Source: Octopus vulgaris (taxonomy: Eukaryota). From it: a stretch of 64,000 bases of DNA. Position numbers and translations under genes: made by a program. How positions within the stretch are numbered: position 1 is the first letter of the stretch; every line of letters begins with the position of its first letter. The stretch spans positions 106,516,001-106,580,000 of the forward strand of contig OX597823.1 of the NCBI GenBank assembly GCA_951406725.2, read 5' to 3'. Shown piece after piece: positions 1-13,329 of this stretch. The notes below the pieces were generated by a model, which ran no database searches, had not been told where the DNA came from, and worked only from the letters and a program-made list of their open reading frames with translations.

Positions 1-69
1 AAGTCAGTGGTTTAACTCGCATCCAACACTCTATGCTGGACTAGAGCCACCATAACCAGAAACCTTATC

Positions 70-298
70 ATAACGAGCCAAAGAGGGAGCTTCTATGCGG
101 TCCCTCAGACTGCTAGAAGTGGCTCTAAATCACTCCCAAACAACACCTTATCAACGAAACTCGAAAAGACACACTGAAGAATAAAGTTCTAGATATACAA
201 AAGTAAATATGATGGTCTTGATTGGAAGGCTCTTGATTCCAAGTCTGCTATATAAATGCTAGAGTAACTAAACAACAACAACAACAACAACAACAACT
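70..298 (+). mobile_element. Old degenerate SINE-like repeat (family F) with (AAC)n tail
   Basis: Shares the blocks GACTGCTAGAA and GATGGTC..GATTGGA, plus an (AAC)n tail, with the reverse complement of 9577-9800. Similar blocks occur at 22785-22940, 44500-44700 and 56690-56880. Confidence 0.5.
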
Positions 299-654
299 TG
301 ACTATAGCATCACCTACGACAGAAAGAAAAGTATTTGTCAAATAGTTAAGCATTTATTCTCAACACTATCTAGCCATCTCTTTCCTAACTGAGACTGCCG
401 TTTATTATATTAGCATCAGTACAATGGTCACCTGTCTTCTAATATGCTTATTTGGTCTTTATATTTGCTGGATTGGGATATTTGTACCTTACCCAGTAGT
501 TTTCCTTATTTGGTAATATTTCCAACAAAGCATTGTCACCTTAAACTCGTTGATTTTGTCTTCATATCTCGCCAGATTGTTAGGTTTCCGATTCTTGAAA
601 TTAAATGATAATTCATTAATTAATCAATTAATATTGACAATTTCTTATGTAGAG

Positions 655-765
655 GTAGACACAAGGACGGAAAGGAATCCTGGAAGAAAGGAATAGATGG
701 TTACATCGACCTATACTGGTGCTTATATTTATCGTGGAAGAACGAAAGTCGAAGCTGGAGCAGGT
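655..765 (-). mobile_element. Highly degenerate SINE family C fragment
   Basis: TTACATCGACC..ACTGGTGCTTATATTTATCG..AAAGTCG matches the + strand reading of minus-strand family C copies. Confidence 0.4.
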
Positions 766-934
766 GGTGTTAGCATGGTATACAGCTGCATATATATACT
801 TACTACAAAAACATATTTACATACATACATTTACATACGGAAACATTTAGACATGTTCATACACATGCTCAAAGAAATAGTTTGTAAATGGAGTACTTTC
901 CCATACCCACACTCTACCATGGATTGTAATAGAA

Positions 935-1935
935 AGGAACAATACTTTCAGGATATCTTGGAGGGGAAAATATCGAAACAGATCTATTTTACAAACCAAT
1001 ACTTAAAATTCCGATCAGTACACCCCTCACATACCAAAAGGAACATTTCCTTTTGCATCATAGTAATAAACCCCACACTACATGAAAAAATATCATATGA
1101 ACTAAAATGGTTCCTTGAAAGACAGGAATATTAGGTGAACCTCATCAATACGGCCATTTCCAAGGCCCAGAACATTCCAGTGACAACACTGAGAGAAACA
1201 AAACCAGCGAAATATAAAGGAAAAAAACGTTATCCCATTTGTCGTCATTCATAACCCAAGAGACTTGTGACAGCTGCCAGAAAATATCTCTCAATTCTCC
1301 AGCAATCTCCCAAAATGGATGCACTCATGAAAGACTCACGAATAATATATTGCAGACACCAAGCACGCAAACTTAAAAAACTGCTAACCATGCAAGTTAA
1401 GAAATGTGGGGACCCTCGATGCGGAACATGTGGATACATTGAAGAGGGTGGACAAACCTCCTTTAAAAACAATGAGATTTTCAAAATTAATGCAAGTATG
1501 AATTGCAAAACAAGAAACTTAATTTACTGTGCAACTTGTCCACAATATAAAGAATACTACATTGGTGAAACCGGAACGGGATTACATGACAGAGTTCATA
1601 TGCATAAGCAACAAATTAGAGAACCCTCTATCAGAAACACCACTTACAATGAACACTTTGGATCATGTGGAAAGGGAAAATTCACAATCTTCCCCTTCTT
1701 CTTTATGTTAAGGTCGGACAGCGGGCATTTCCGAAAATATAAAGAAGATTTCTTCACTAGAAAGTACGGACCACAACTCAACACATAGAAAATGATATTC
1801 CACCCACCAATAACAGCATACGTTCCTAGTTTTCATAAAAGATACATATATCCAAATAGAAGCGGATGACACCTACACTTTCAATCATTCGATCACTGAA
1901 GGGAAAAACAACCCTTGGAGATACACTACCATTTC
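935..1935 (+). mobile_element. Penelope-like retroelement 3' fragment (RT C-terminal region + GIY-YIG endonuclease), defective
   Basis: NQYLKFRSVHPSHTKRNI (PLE RT C-terminal motif) at the end of ORF 697-1134. ORF 1267-1788 has CGDPRCGTC, then NLIYCATC..YYIGETG..HDR..MH (GIY-YIG). Stops and frameshifts lie between the two. Confidence 0.85.
1267..1788 (+). pseudogene. GIY-YIG endonuclease domain of Penelope-like element
   Basis: CxxxxCxxC linker followed by LIY-x10-YIG, a conserved Arg/His, and a C-terminal E..F....P.LN motif. Confidence 0.85.
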
Positions 1936-1996
1936 ACTAATCCCCCTCTCCCCAAAGTATATCTGAAATTAAATGCTTGAGTAGTGTAGATCCGTA

Positions 1997-2050
<54 letters not shown>

Positions 2051-3076
2051 TATGCTTGTGTTTTAGCCCTTATTTATAATTGTATTTATAATTTTCACCT
2101 CAGAAGGTATTTTTCATATTGCTGGCCACTGATAAATTTTTTTAATAAAATTTAATAAACTTTTATCCTTACATTAGAAGTACATATATACATCTATATT
2201 TAATATCCCTATTTGTAAGTATTTGCACATTCACACACACACACATACACACACACACACATTCATCATACACGTGTATACATACTAATAGCCGTATAGA
2301 TAACATTATTCCATGCTACCGCGGATCTTTTTTGATAGACAATCCCGAGTTTTACTTATGATATTGGTCGTTGTCATATTCATTAACTTTTCAATCATTC
2401 AAAAAATGTAAAAGTAATAGAAATTTTTCAAATTTCATATCCATACATGATACAGAGCCGTTTATATAAACACTTCTCAATTCAAATAAAGTCTAATTTG
2501 TCGTAATATTTACAAAAAAAAAAAGAGGAAGAGAGAGAGAGAGAGGGGTGGGGAGGGAGAAACTTGAACATCTGTAAATTTAATATGAATTGAAACTTAA
2601 CATTGTGATAACAAAGAAAGATATGAGAAAGTGTATAATATAAACTTGACGTTGTTTAGATCATATGAGCCCAGCTCAAGGCGAAAAGTCGCTCACTTCA
2701 TGCCAAGGTTTCCAAAAGTTAAATGACAAGAATTAATAAAGTAAAAACTTGAAAAGACTGACTCAGCTGGTGATGTAGAGCTGTTCATTGAAATAGAAAC
2801 AATTTTATAATATTTTCTTTTAAATTATTAATAAAGCAAATATCAATAAATTGTCAGGGAACAATAGATAAACAGAGAATGAATTTATTCAGTTAAGAAC
2901 AAATGATATACAGTAGCATTGGTGTCTTAGTATCAGAAATCTACACCTTAAATGTATTACACTACTTGCATCTTTACGGAGTAATTACTCAGGATAATTT
3001 ACTCTATTTTACTTACCAAAAAGTACACACAAACACACGTGTGTGTGAGCATATATATATATATATATTATATATC

Positions 3077-3375
3077 CACTGGAATTTCTATCTACCCTTT
3101 ACGGATTCTCTTTTGGATACTTACCCTCCGGCTGCACCTCTCCTACCTATGAATCACTGTGGACTCTACTCTTGATGAAACATCCTTACAATACACCACG
3201 ACGTCAATACCTTTGAACTTTACGTAAAACTGTTATTCTGTGTCCCTTTCTGTAGAAGAGCGTAGGCTCGAAACGTAAAAGACTTTTTTTCAATTCCTGA
3301 GTATTATACTAATACATCTGTTTGTTTTGTTCACCACCTGTCTTCGTCTTTTGCTTTTTTCGTGAACTCTCCCTA
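3077..3375 (+). mobile_element. Non-coding Penelope-like terminal-repeat (pLTR) fragment flanked by (TA)n
   Basis: Unique segment between two (TA)n tracts that contains a minimal hammerhead motif at 3242-3283. Confidence 0.6.
3242..3283 (+). ncRNA. Minimal type I hammerhead ribozyme (core variant CUGUAGA)
   Basis: gtcccttt-CTGTAGA-a-gagc(gtag)gctc-GAAAC-GTA-aaagac. Stem II is perfect, stem III is the palindromic ACGT, and stem I pairs ttt/aaa and gtc/gac. Confidence 0.65.
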
Positions 3376-3390
3376 AATATATATATATAT

Positions 3391-3448
3391 GATTTGATGA
3401 TTTTGATTTTTCCAGTTTCAGCTAATGAGCTGTGGCCATGCTGGGGCA

Positions 3449-3450
<2 letters not shown>
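3391..3450 (-). mobile_element. 60-bp tail-only insert of CR1/SINE-A type 3' end in (TA)n
   Basis: Reverse complement is GGTGCCCCAGCATGGCCA-CAGCT(catt)AGCTG-AAAC plus a short repeat tail. It matches the LINE 3' end at 33849-33885. Confidence 0.7.
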
Positions 3451-3509
<59 letters not shown>

Positions 3510-3720
3510 CATACACAGATATTAAAAAACAACCATCCGTACATACATGGCGGTGATTGTCTCCCACCAGCGGTGCAAACGCGAGTGCGTATATGCACCA
3601 GAAAACGATATGAAAGATCCTCCAACGGCAAATATGCCAGTATCCTGTGCTCCATCACAACATCCACTTTTAAATAGTGATAAATATTATCCCTTGGCAT
3701 TAAAATTACTTCTGTCGCTT

Positions 3721-4097
3721 GGCGTGGCTGTGTGGTAAGAAGCTTGCTTCTCAACCACATGGTTCTGGGTCCAGTCCCACTACGTGGCACCTTGGGCAAG
3801 TGTCATCTACTATAGCCTTGGGTCGACCATAGCCTTGTGAGTGGATTTGGTAGAGGGAAACTGAAAGAAGCCCGTCGCATATATATATATGTTTGTGTGT
3901 TTGTCCCATACCATCTCTTGACAACCGATGTTTGTGTGTTTATGTCCCCGTAACTTAGCTGCTTGTAAAAAAGACACCGATATTATAAGTACTATGCTTG
4001 CAAAGAATACGTCCTGGGGTCGATTTGTTCAAATAAAGGCGGTACTCCAGCATGGCCGCAGTCAAATGACTGAAACAAGTAAAAGAATGAAAGAATA
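3721..4097 (+). mobile_element. tRNA-derived SINE family A (CORE-like CCTTGGGCAAGT block, internal TA/TG microsatellite)
   Basis: A-box TGGCTGTGTGG, B-box-like GGTCCAGTCC, tail CCAGCATGGCCGCAGTCAAATGACTGAAACAAGTAAAAGA. More than 10 similar copies occur in the window. Confidence 0.9.
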
Positions 4098-4113
4098 ATA
4101 TGTGTGCGTGTTT

Positions 4114-4155
<42 letters not shown>

Positions 4156-4259
4156 CTGAGATTCAGTTGAATTATGTACTTACGTTGAAGCACTAAGTCA
4201 GTCCGTTATTATCCGCACAGCTCGAAGGTGATTATATATACACACACACACATGCACAC

Positions 4260-4493
<234 letters not shown>

Positions 4494-4501
4494 TATATAT
4501 G

Positions 4502-4595
<94 letters not shown>

Positions 4596-4869
4596 ATGCA
4601 TGTATATATATATATATACTAGCCGAAAACCACCCACCGGGCGTCTTTCTGCTAGGCACTTGATAATATTTTCACATTTGATTCTTAATTCTAATAATTT
4701 TTATGATATTGGCTGCCGTCGTTTCTTTGCTGCTAAATGCTCTTGGTCAGTCGCATATTTTGGCATTCTTTCGGTTTATTTATTTACTTTTGTTTTAAAG
4801 TGAGAGGAGAAAGTGATAGAAAGTACGTGTATATGAAATGGACGCGCGCGGTGTGTGAGAGAGAGAGAG

Positions 4870-4902
<33 letters not shown>

Positions 4903-5150
4903 TAGAAAGAGAGAGATAGAGAGAGAGAGAAGGATGTGTTGTCATGTATCCGTATATACTTAAATAAGTAAATATTCATACATCTTTTTTGTATGTAATT
5001 GTGCATACGTGTACTTGAGAGTTTGAGTGTCACTTAGACGCCACTCTCTCTCTGTCTCTCTCTGTCACACACACACACGCACACATACATACAAGAAAAA
5101 TGTATGCATATGTATTTATGTAGGTATGCATGACAACACACACCGTCACT

Positions 5151-5181
<31 letters not shown>

Positions 5182-5214
5182 GCACACACACATACACGAA
5201 CACATTAATATATG

Positions 5215-5427
5215 TATTTCTTTACTACGCAAAGGGGCTAAACGCAGAGAGGACAAACAAGAACAGACACATTGACCCAGTGCGTAACTGGTACTTATTT
5301 AATCGATCCCGAAAGGATGAAAGGCAAAGTCGACCTCGGCGGAATTTGAACTCAGAACGTAATGGCCAACAAAATACGGCTACGAATTTCGCCCGGCGTG
5401 CTAACATTTCTGCCAGCTCGCCGCCTT
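5215..5427 (-). mobile_element. SINE family C
   Basis: GGCGGCGAGCTGGCAGAA head, B-box AGTTCAAATTC, central GTCGACTTTGCCTTTCATCCTTTCGGG block, GTAAAGAAATA tail. Confidence 0.9.
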
Positions 5428-6253
5428 GTAAATATACATAAATATACATAAATGTATACAAATGTACATACAAAAACACATGTGTGCGTCTGTGACTACA
5501 AGTACATAGTTCTGAACACGGCGCGCAAAAAATAAATAAATAAATAAAAAATTGTTACGGAAATTAATGGGTTCAAGCGAGAATGCCGATATTTCTTTGG
5601 ATGCCCCATGTTGAATAGCAAAATTGTAATGTGATATTTGTGTAATAACGAAATCAAAACTGGAGTTTGTGTGAGTTTATATTATAGAGACAGTGTGTAT
5701 GTGTGTGTATGTATGTGTATGTGTGCGTGCGAGTGTGAGGGAGAGAGCATTGCAAACAATGAATAAAATAAATATGAAGTGAAAAGAGCTTGTGAAAAAC
5801 TGAATATTTAAATTTGTGAACTTGAAATTTTCAATAATAAAAGGAAGTTCAGAAAGTAAATTTACTCGAAAACTTCAATTTAGAAAAGATCTCACTTGTT
5901 CAGTAAATATTCTTTTCAGTAATTTATCGTAGTTGTTTGGAAATAGCGAATGAAAACTTGAAATGAAAACATTAAATAGAGGGTGAGAGGTTTCGCAAAT
6001 GAAAACGGAAAATTTCGCCTGCAACGAATTAATATTGTTTAGATTGTTGCTACATCAATATCGGAATTTAACAAAAAAAAACCTTTTTAAGGAAGTGAGT
6101 CATAAAGCAATAATATTTAATCTTAAAAAAAAAACAACATAAAATGAAAACCCTATTATGTATCCGAGGTTAAATTATTCATGCATCCCAAGTATGGAAC
6201 CAATTCGCACAGCCGTTTTCACGTGAAGAGCGAATACACACTAACACACACAC

Positions 6254-6294
<41 letters not shown>

Positions 6295-6328
6295 TTATAT
6301 GTATGTATGTATATGAGATTATATATAT

Positions 6329-6711
6329 GGGGTGGCTTTGTTGTAAGAATGTTGCTTACTAACCACAAGGTTCTGGGTTCAGTCCCACTGCATGGCACCT
6401 TGAGTAAATGTCTTCTACTATAACCTCGGATCGACCAAAGCCTTGTGAGTTTATCTGGTAGGCGGAAACTGAAAGAATCAGTCGTATGTAAATATGTGTG
6501 TGTGTGTTTGTCCCCCAACATCGCTTGACAACCGATATTGGTATGTTTACATCCCCGGTATTGGTATGTTTACGTTAGCGGTCCGGCAAAAGAGGCCGAT
6601 AGAATAAGTACTAGGCTTACTAAGAATAAGTCCTAGGGTCGATTTGCTAGACTAAATGTGTTGCTCCAGCATGGCCGCAGTCAAATTACTGAACCAAATA
6701 AATGAATAAAG

Positions 6712-6712
<1 letters not shown>
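6329..6712 (+). mobile_element. SINE family A
   Basis: Full-length match to 3721-4097. Confidence 0.9.
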
Positions 6713-6744
<32 letters not shown>

Positions 6745-6805
6745 AAGAGAAAAAGGGAGAGGGAAAGAGGAACATACATAATGGTTTCAAATTTTGGCCC
6801 AACTT

Positions 6806-6942
6806 TTACTTAATTTATAGATTCCCCTAGGATGATAGGCAAAGTCGACCTCGGCAGAATTTGAACCCAGAACGTGCAGACAGAGGAAATGCCGCTAGTC
6901 ATTTTGTTCGGCGTGCTGACGACTCTGCCAGCTCGCCGCCTT
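6806..6942 (-). mobile_element. SINE family C, 5' part
   Basis: AAAGTCGACCTCGGCAGAATTTGAAC...TGCCAGCTCGCCGCC. Confidence 0.85.
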
Positions 6943-7289
6943 CAGAGATGCATATACAATAGATCCTAGACACTGTATCTGCATGGCACTACCCATGGTT
7001 TTCATAATTTCTTCGTGTCATTTAATAGTGATGCTAATGACGTTATAACATTCGTAGTGGCGAAAGATACAAATAACAAATACATCAACAAACACTGATT
7101 CGCAACATTCACACACAAAATTTGCCCAGTCTCTCTCAGGCTCACACTATCATTACAGCTAGGAATTGTCATTAAACAGATGCGTGCAGACACAAACACA
7201 CATACATACATACACACACATGCACGCACACACACAGTCTCATAAGTATACGTTTTGGGTATTCTTAATTAAAAAACAGTTTATCCGTT

Positions 7290-7397
7290 GTAGTTACACA
7301 CACAAATCATATATTTATATGTATATGTGTGTTCACAACGTATATAATATATATATATATATATATGTTTATATGTTTATGTATGAGTATATGTATA

Positions 7398-7491
<94 letters not shown>

Positions 7492-7736
7492 TAGATATGG
7501 ATATAGATAAAGATATACACATATATATATACATATACATATATATATATATACATAAATATATATATACACATATATATATACATACATATATATATAT
7601 TTATATACATACATACATATATATATATATACATATATATATATATGTATGTATATAAATATATATACATGTATAAATCATATATATGTATATATGTGTA
7701 TATATATAATACATACAAACATACATATATATATAA

Positions 7737-7804
<68 letters not shown>

Positions 7805-7820
7805 GCATATATATATATTT
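7290..7820. repeat. Compound (TA)n/(TAGA)n/(TACA)n microsatellite
   Basis: Seen directly; it is the source of the YIYI/LSIY pseudo-ORFs. Confidence 0.95.
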
Positions 7821-8297
7821 TTCATGTGGAGAGACAGCTAGATAAATATTTAGGTAAATAGATACCTGCGGAATTTGATAACTACAAAGATAAATGAATG
7901 GACAGAGATAAAATATTGAGCGATAATAAAATATAGGGGTGTATAGTTGGGTAATTAGGCATAAAGAAATATTCTCAAACTTTCTATGTGCCGATGTGTA
8001 TAGAAGTACATAGATCGGTATGCATATGCATGGACATGCATATATGCATGTAATTTACGTGCGCATGAGTATCTCTCTCTCTGTATATGTGTGTGCGTGT
8101 GTGTATGTCTGCATATACACACACTTGCATATACCTAGCAAAGAACGATATATGCACACATACGCATGTATACACGCAAGCTCACACAGACATACTCATT
8201 CTTATCAAATACGACAGATTGTATGTATGTAAATTCATATGTAGTTATATATGTGACATGAATTATATTTACATACACACGCACATACATACATTTA

Positions 8298-8338
<41 letters not shown>

Positions 8339-9576
8339 CATACACGCATATGTGTACATTTATACATAGATATGAACACAGAAACATATCATTTCATATC
8401 ATGTATATTCATACAGATATATATTTACACCGATTCAACTGGAGAGATTATCCCCGAGTTACTGCTGTCTTTTTATTCAAATCATCTAATGTTTGTTAAT
8501 GAGAGGGAAACATTCAGAGCTAAATTGGTTGAAATTTCAGAAATCCATCACAAACCATTAGTTCAGCGAAAAACGGCACCTAAGCGGCCCTTCGTTCTTA
8601 ATATGCGCTATTTTTATCATTTGTTTTCTCTTCGTTATTTCTGTCGCATCACCAGTAATAGCTTAGCTTGTCCACTTCTTCATCAACAAAAGACACTTGT
8701 TTAAATTACAAACGGCAAGCACATAGTCTAACATGAGATTATGAGATATCCCCCACGTGGAATAAAGCAATTTGTCATGTGAACGAAATATTGTATTTAT
8801 TATAGACATACAAACTCATCAGCGTCTAATGGAAACTTTTTCTTCCACTTGTTCAACACTAATGAACAACGATAAACGTCGACTTTGTTTTCATCGCTCT
8901 TCTATTGGCCGCATCACTAATTCATTGCTTTCTTAGATGAAAATCAGCTTTAACTTATTCATACAATAATCAAATTATGTCGTTGATAATTTACTACAAA
9001 TCAACTTAAATAATTCCAGACACTTTCTTATTATGACGACAAAAGCTGTTCTGCTGAAAGTAAGCAATTCCCATTTCAAATGCGATACCATACACCCAAA
9101 CCATCTTGATTTATATTCTCATGATCAAATATCCGCGGTTTACATGTCGAATTCGATTAATTGCATCGATATTCCAGGCCAGAGTTACTTCCACTGGCCA
9201 TTTAACTTCTTGGACAGTTCCATTGCTTCGCTCTGAGCTTTTTCTTCTAATAAAAATATCCCACTTCGGCTTCAGAAATGATGTTTCAATGAATTGATAG
9301 ATTTTCTCAGACATTGCAGGACTGCTAAGTAATGTTCCCTCCAAACTCCTCTTTCCCCTCATGTCTATATCGATATATTGGTTGTCGTTGTTGTTCTTGT
9401 TGTTGCTGCTGCTGCTGGTGATGGTGGTGTTGGGGGTGATTTATGGGGATGTTGGTTGCAGAGCAGAGAGGAATCAATTTTGATCTATTAGAGATCAAAG
9501 ATTATCCAACTGAAATTAATGAAAAGAATATTGTTTAATTCAGTATGATTGATTTATTAGGCTTACTATTCTATTG

Positions 9577-9800
9577 TTGTTGTTGTTGTTGTTGAACCAA
9601 AAGCCAGCTCTAGTTTATTAGGCCTGCGAATAAAGACACTCCAATCATGACCACCCTTATTTTTCAGACTTTATCTCTAAGAATTCATTGTCATGCATAC
9701 ATAGATTCCCTTCTGGGACGGTAGTGTGAATTTGAGGAATACTTAGTTGTTATTTCTAGCAGTTTGAATGACCACATATGTTTCCTGGTTGACTCATGGT
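9577..9800 (-). mobile_element. Old SINE-like family F
   Basis: Reverse complement aligns by eye with 70-298; (GTT)n tail on the + strand. Confidence 0.5.
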
Positions 9801-10133
9801 CTATTATTGCCAATTTCTTTTCCATGTCTTAAAATTATTCTAAACATTTTTCATTATAAATTCAAAGTATTTAATAGAAGTCAGTGTTACTCCAACATGA
9901 CCGCAGTCGCATGGCTGAAAGAATAAAAGAATAAAAGAATAAAATAATATTATTTTAAATAGAATCAATGATGAATATTCTGGGGAATTCGCAAGTTTTT
10001 ATTCTTTCAATTTTGGTCTTACTGGGGCACTACCATCTATTGTTTTTTATTTACCTCTCGATTACCAAGTGCATATGATATCATTTACACACATATTTTA
10101 AACTACTTCCAAACTATCTTTAGCTTTATAAGG

Positions 10134-10397
10134 TCTCTTTTACTTGTTTCAGTCATTTGACTGTGGCCATGCTGAATCACCGCCTTTAGTCGAGCAAATT
10201 GACCCCAGGACTTATTCTTTGTAAGCCTAGTACTTATTCTATCAGCCTCTTTTGCCGAACCGCTAAGTTACGGGGACGTAAACACACCAGCATAGGTTGT
10301 CGAGCGATATTGGAGGGACAAACACAGACAAGCAAACACATACATATATACACATATACATGCATATATATATATATACATATTCATACATGCATAC

Positions 10398-10436
<39 letters not shown>

Positions 10437-10600
10437 CGACGGGCTTCTTTCAGTTTCCGTCTACCAAATCCACTCACAAGGCATTGGTCGACTCGATGCT
10501 ATAGTAGAAGACACTTGCTCAAGATGCCACGCAATGGGACCGAACCCGGTACCATGTGGTTCGTAAGCAAGCTACTTACCTCACAGCCACTCCTACGCCT
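10134..10600 (-). mobile_element. SINE family A (full length, expanded internal microsatellite)
   Basis: Reverse-complement match to 3721-4097; 5' end AGGCGTAGGAGTGGCTGTG. Confidence 0.9.
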
Positions 10601-10704
10601 TATCTCGGCACTATTACTAAAAATATTCTTTTAAAAATTAGTGACATAACATGTAAACGGCAAAAGATTATTTTGAGGTTCTTGATAATAGTTTTGCCGT
10701 TTTT

Positions 10705-10912
10705 CTTTTATTCTACTCTTCCTTCATTGGTTTCAGTCAATGGACGGCAGCCATGCTCCAACACCGCCGAGAAAGATTTGGTCGAATAACTCAACGTCAG
10801 TATTTATTTTTTTAAAGTCTAAAACTTATTCTAACGGTCACTTTTGCCGAACTGCGAAGTTACGAGGACGTAAACGAACAAACACCGGTTGTCTAGCGGG
10901 CGGAGGAGACAG
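10705..10912 (-). mobile_element. SINE family A, diverged 3' half
   Basis: GTTTCAGTCAATGGAC..CCATGCT..TTTTGCCGAACTGCGAAGTTACG. Confidence 0.75.
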
Positions 10913-10933
10913 ATCTTTCTTTCTCTCTCTCTC

Positions 10934-10968
<35 letters not shown>

Positions 10969-11009
10969 CTCTCCTTGTATGTGTGTGCAGGATGAGGACG
11001 ATGAGGATC

Positions 11010-11053
<44 letters not shown>

Positions 11054-11743
11054 TGTGATGATGATAATAATAATAATGATAATAATGATGATGAAGATAA
11101 TAATAATTTGCCACAAGAAAGACGGATCAGAGTGAGGATAGAAAAGCAGATATAAAGTGTATGGACATATAGCAATAATAATGGCCTTATTGTATCCAGT
11201 GCTCAGGTGCACTACAAGTAACGGAGATGATGAAGATGATGCTGACCACGACGATGACGATGACGGCGACACTGAGAATGAGTCAAAACTGTTATAACCT
11301 TTGGGGGTAAATTTTTTTTTAAGTGACGGAACAAGAAGTCAATCTCGAGCTCGTTCGTTCAAGTTACGTCATGCGCAGACGGGTAAAATAACGAATGCAT
11401 GTAATGGGGAAACTCATTGAAATGGCGAAGTTTTCATAAGCAGGTTTTACTTTCACGTAATTTCTCATCAGTATTTCCATTTATTTATTCCAGATTGCTA
11501 ATTGGGACATGATCATGGCTGGTGGCCATTTCTGCAGTGGATTCAGTTGTTTTAATGTATGTGTTTGTGAATGTGGGTGTCTTGAATACTGAGGCGGATT
11601 GTTGTTTTGCGGAGGAGAAAGTAGCTGCGTTGGATTATATTAGCGTAGATACGAAAGGGAAGAAGGATAGGTAAAGAGACAAAGGAGAAACAATAAATAT
11701 ATGGCGTTATATATATATATATATATATATGCATGTTTGTATG

Positions 11744-11779
<36 letters not shown>

Positions 11780-11793
11780 CATGTTTGTATGTA

Positions 11794-11862
<69 letters not shown>

Positions 11863-11882
11863 GTGCATGTTTGTATGTATAA

Positions 11883-11919
<37 letters not shown>

Positions 11920-12521
11920 CATGTATACAAACATATATACATACACATATATATATATATATGTGCACATTTGTGTGCAAATATATATGCACGTATATAT
12001 TTGTATATATAAGATGTATGATGTATACATGAATATATATATTATATAAGATATATATATATATATATATATTAAAACATATGTATATATGTGTGTGTGT
12101 ACGTATATATATATATATATATGCATGAAAAAACATGCGCGCGCACACACTCACATACACATGCACACGTACACATATATTTAAAAGGTTTGAAAGAGTG
12201 TGTGTATGTATGTGTGTATTTGAGGATACAAATATCATAGATCTTGAAAAGGAGGGGAGACAGAAAGAACGAGAAAACGAGAGAAGGGTGAGAGTAAGAG
12301 AGAGAAAAAGAAAGAAAAAGAGAGAAAGAGAGATCGAGAGAGAGAGCAAGGCTGTGAATGAGTATGTGTTCGTCTGTCTAAGGAGGGTGGGTGTTGAGTA
12401 CGTGAGTTCTCGTACGTTCTTCTGTGTTCTTGAACAATTGCAATTCTTAACCTCTAGCAGTATTCCTATTAACTGACCATGAGAGCGTTTAACATTCTTC
12501 ATTGCACCTCCTCCTCCCCTC

Positions 12522-12537
12522 TTCTTCTTTTTCTTCC

Positions 12538-12568
<31 letters not shown>

Positions 12569-12627
12569 CTTCTTCTTCTTCTTCTTCTTCTTCTTCTTCT
12601 TCTTCTTCTTCTTCTTCTTCTTCTTCA
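12522..12627. repeat. (TTC)n triplet tract
   Basis: Seen directly. Confidence 0.95.
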
Positions 12628-13329
12628 TATTGTTGTTGTTCCTGTTGTTTTTGTTGTGTTATGTCGGTGGTGTTTGGCAGCGAGAGCGTGGTTTATAGTT
12701 AAGGCGGGGATTTCAATTATGAGATCACTATAACCGTTTAGTTGCAATGATAAAGCTGCGGCAAAGCCAGCCAGTCAGTCTATTGATGATTATCGCAAGA
12801 TGGCCGCCATTGATTCAAGGAATAGGTGTCAAACAACGGTGTACGAGTGGTTGGTCTTCAAAGAAATGACCAAGCCTCATTGCTGGGATTAAAGAGCAAT
12901 AACAACGGAATTGAGGAGATAGATAAATAAATAGCAAGACAAACGGAAGAGATAAAGTGAATTGGTGATAGCAACAGGAAGTCTCTGACTTTTCTGCCCC
13001 CTGCTGACCAAAACTACCTTTGATTATCATCGACTCGTTTGACTTTCACTATCATTGACTATCATCCCATCTCTTCGCCGCAAACCATCACAAACACACG
13101 CATAGCGTTACAACACGCGCATATACATATACATGCACACACACAAACACACACACACACACACACAGATTCCTATAGATATACACACAGATTCCAATAC
13201 ATACACACACATATAGACACATTCATGTGTCTACTACACAGATCAACTGACACAGACCAAGAATTCTAAGAGTTACAAACAACCAAATAACTGAAGTAAC
13301 GCGGCAAAAACATCAGAAATAACAAAACT

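Noticed and set aside
1890-1925. CACTGAAGGG...CCCTTGGAGA just after the GIY-YIG stop, a possible decayed PLE hammerhead
   Set aside because: The position fits, but both core boxes are too degenerate to call.
7166-8359. Many ORFs of YIYI/LSIY/VCVC/THTH type, here and throughout the window
   Set aside because: They are translations of stop-free di- and tetranucleotide microsatellites, with no protein-like content.
9033-9362. Short non-repetitive ORFs as host exons
   Set aside because: No recognisable domain or consistent splice signals; could be decayed TE.
11552-12628. 358-aa ORF with poly-Lys start
   Set aside because: Chance read-through of (GAA)n, (CT)n and (TA)n tracts.
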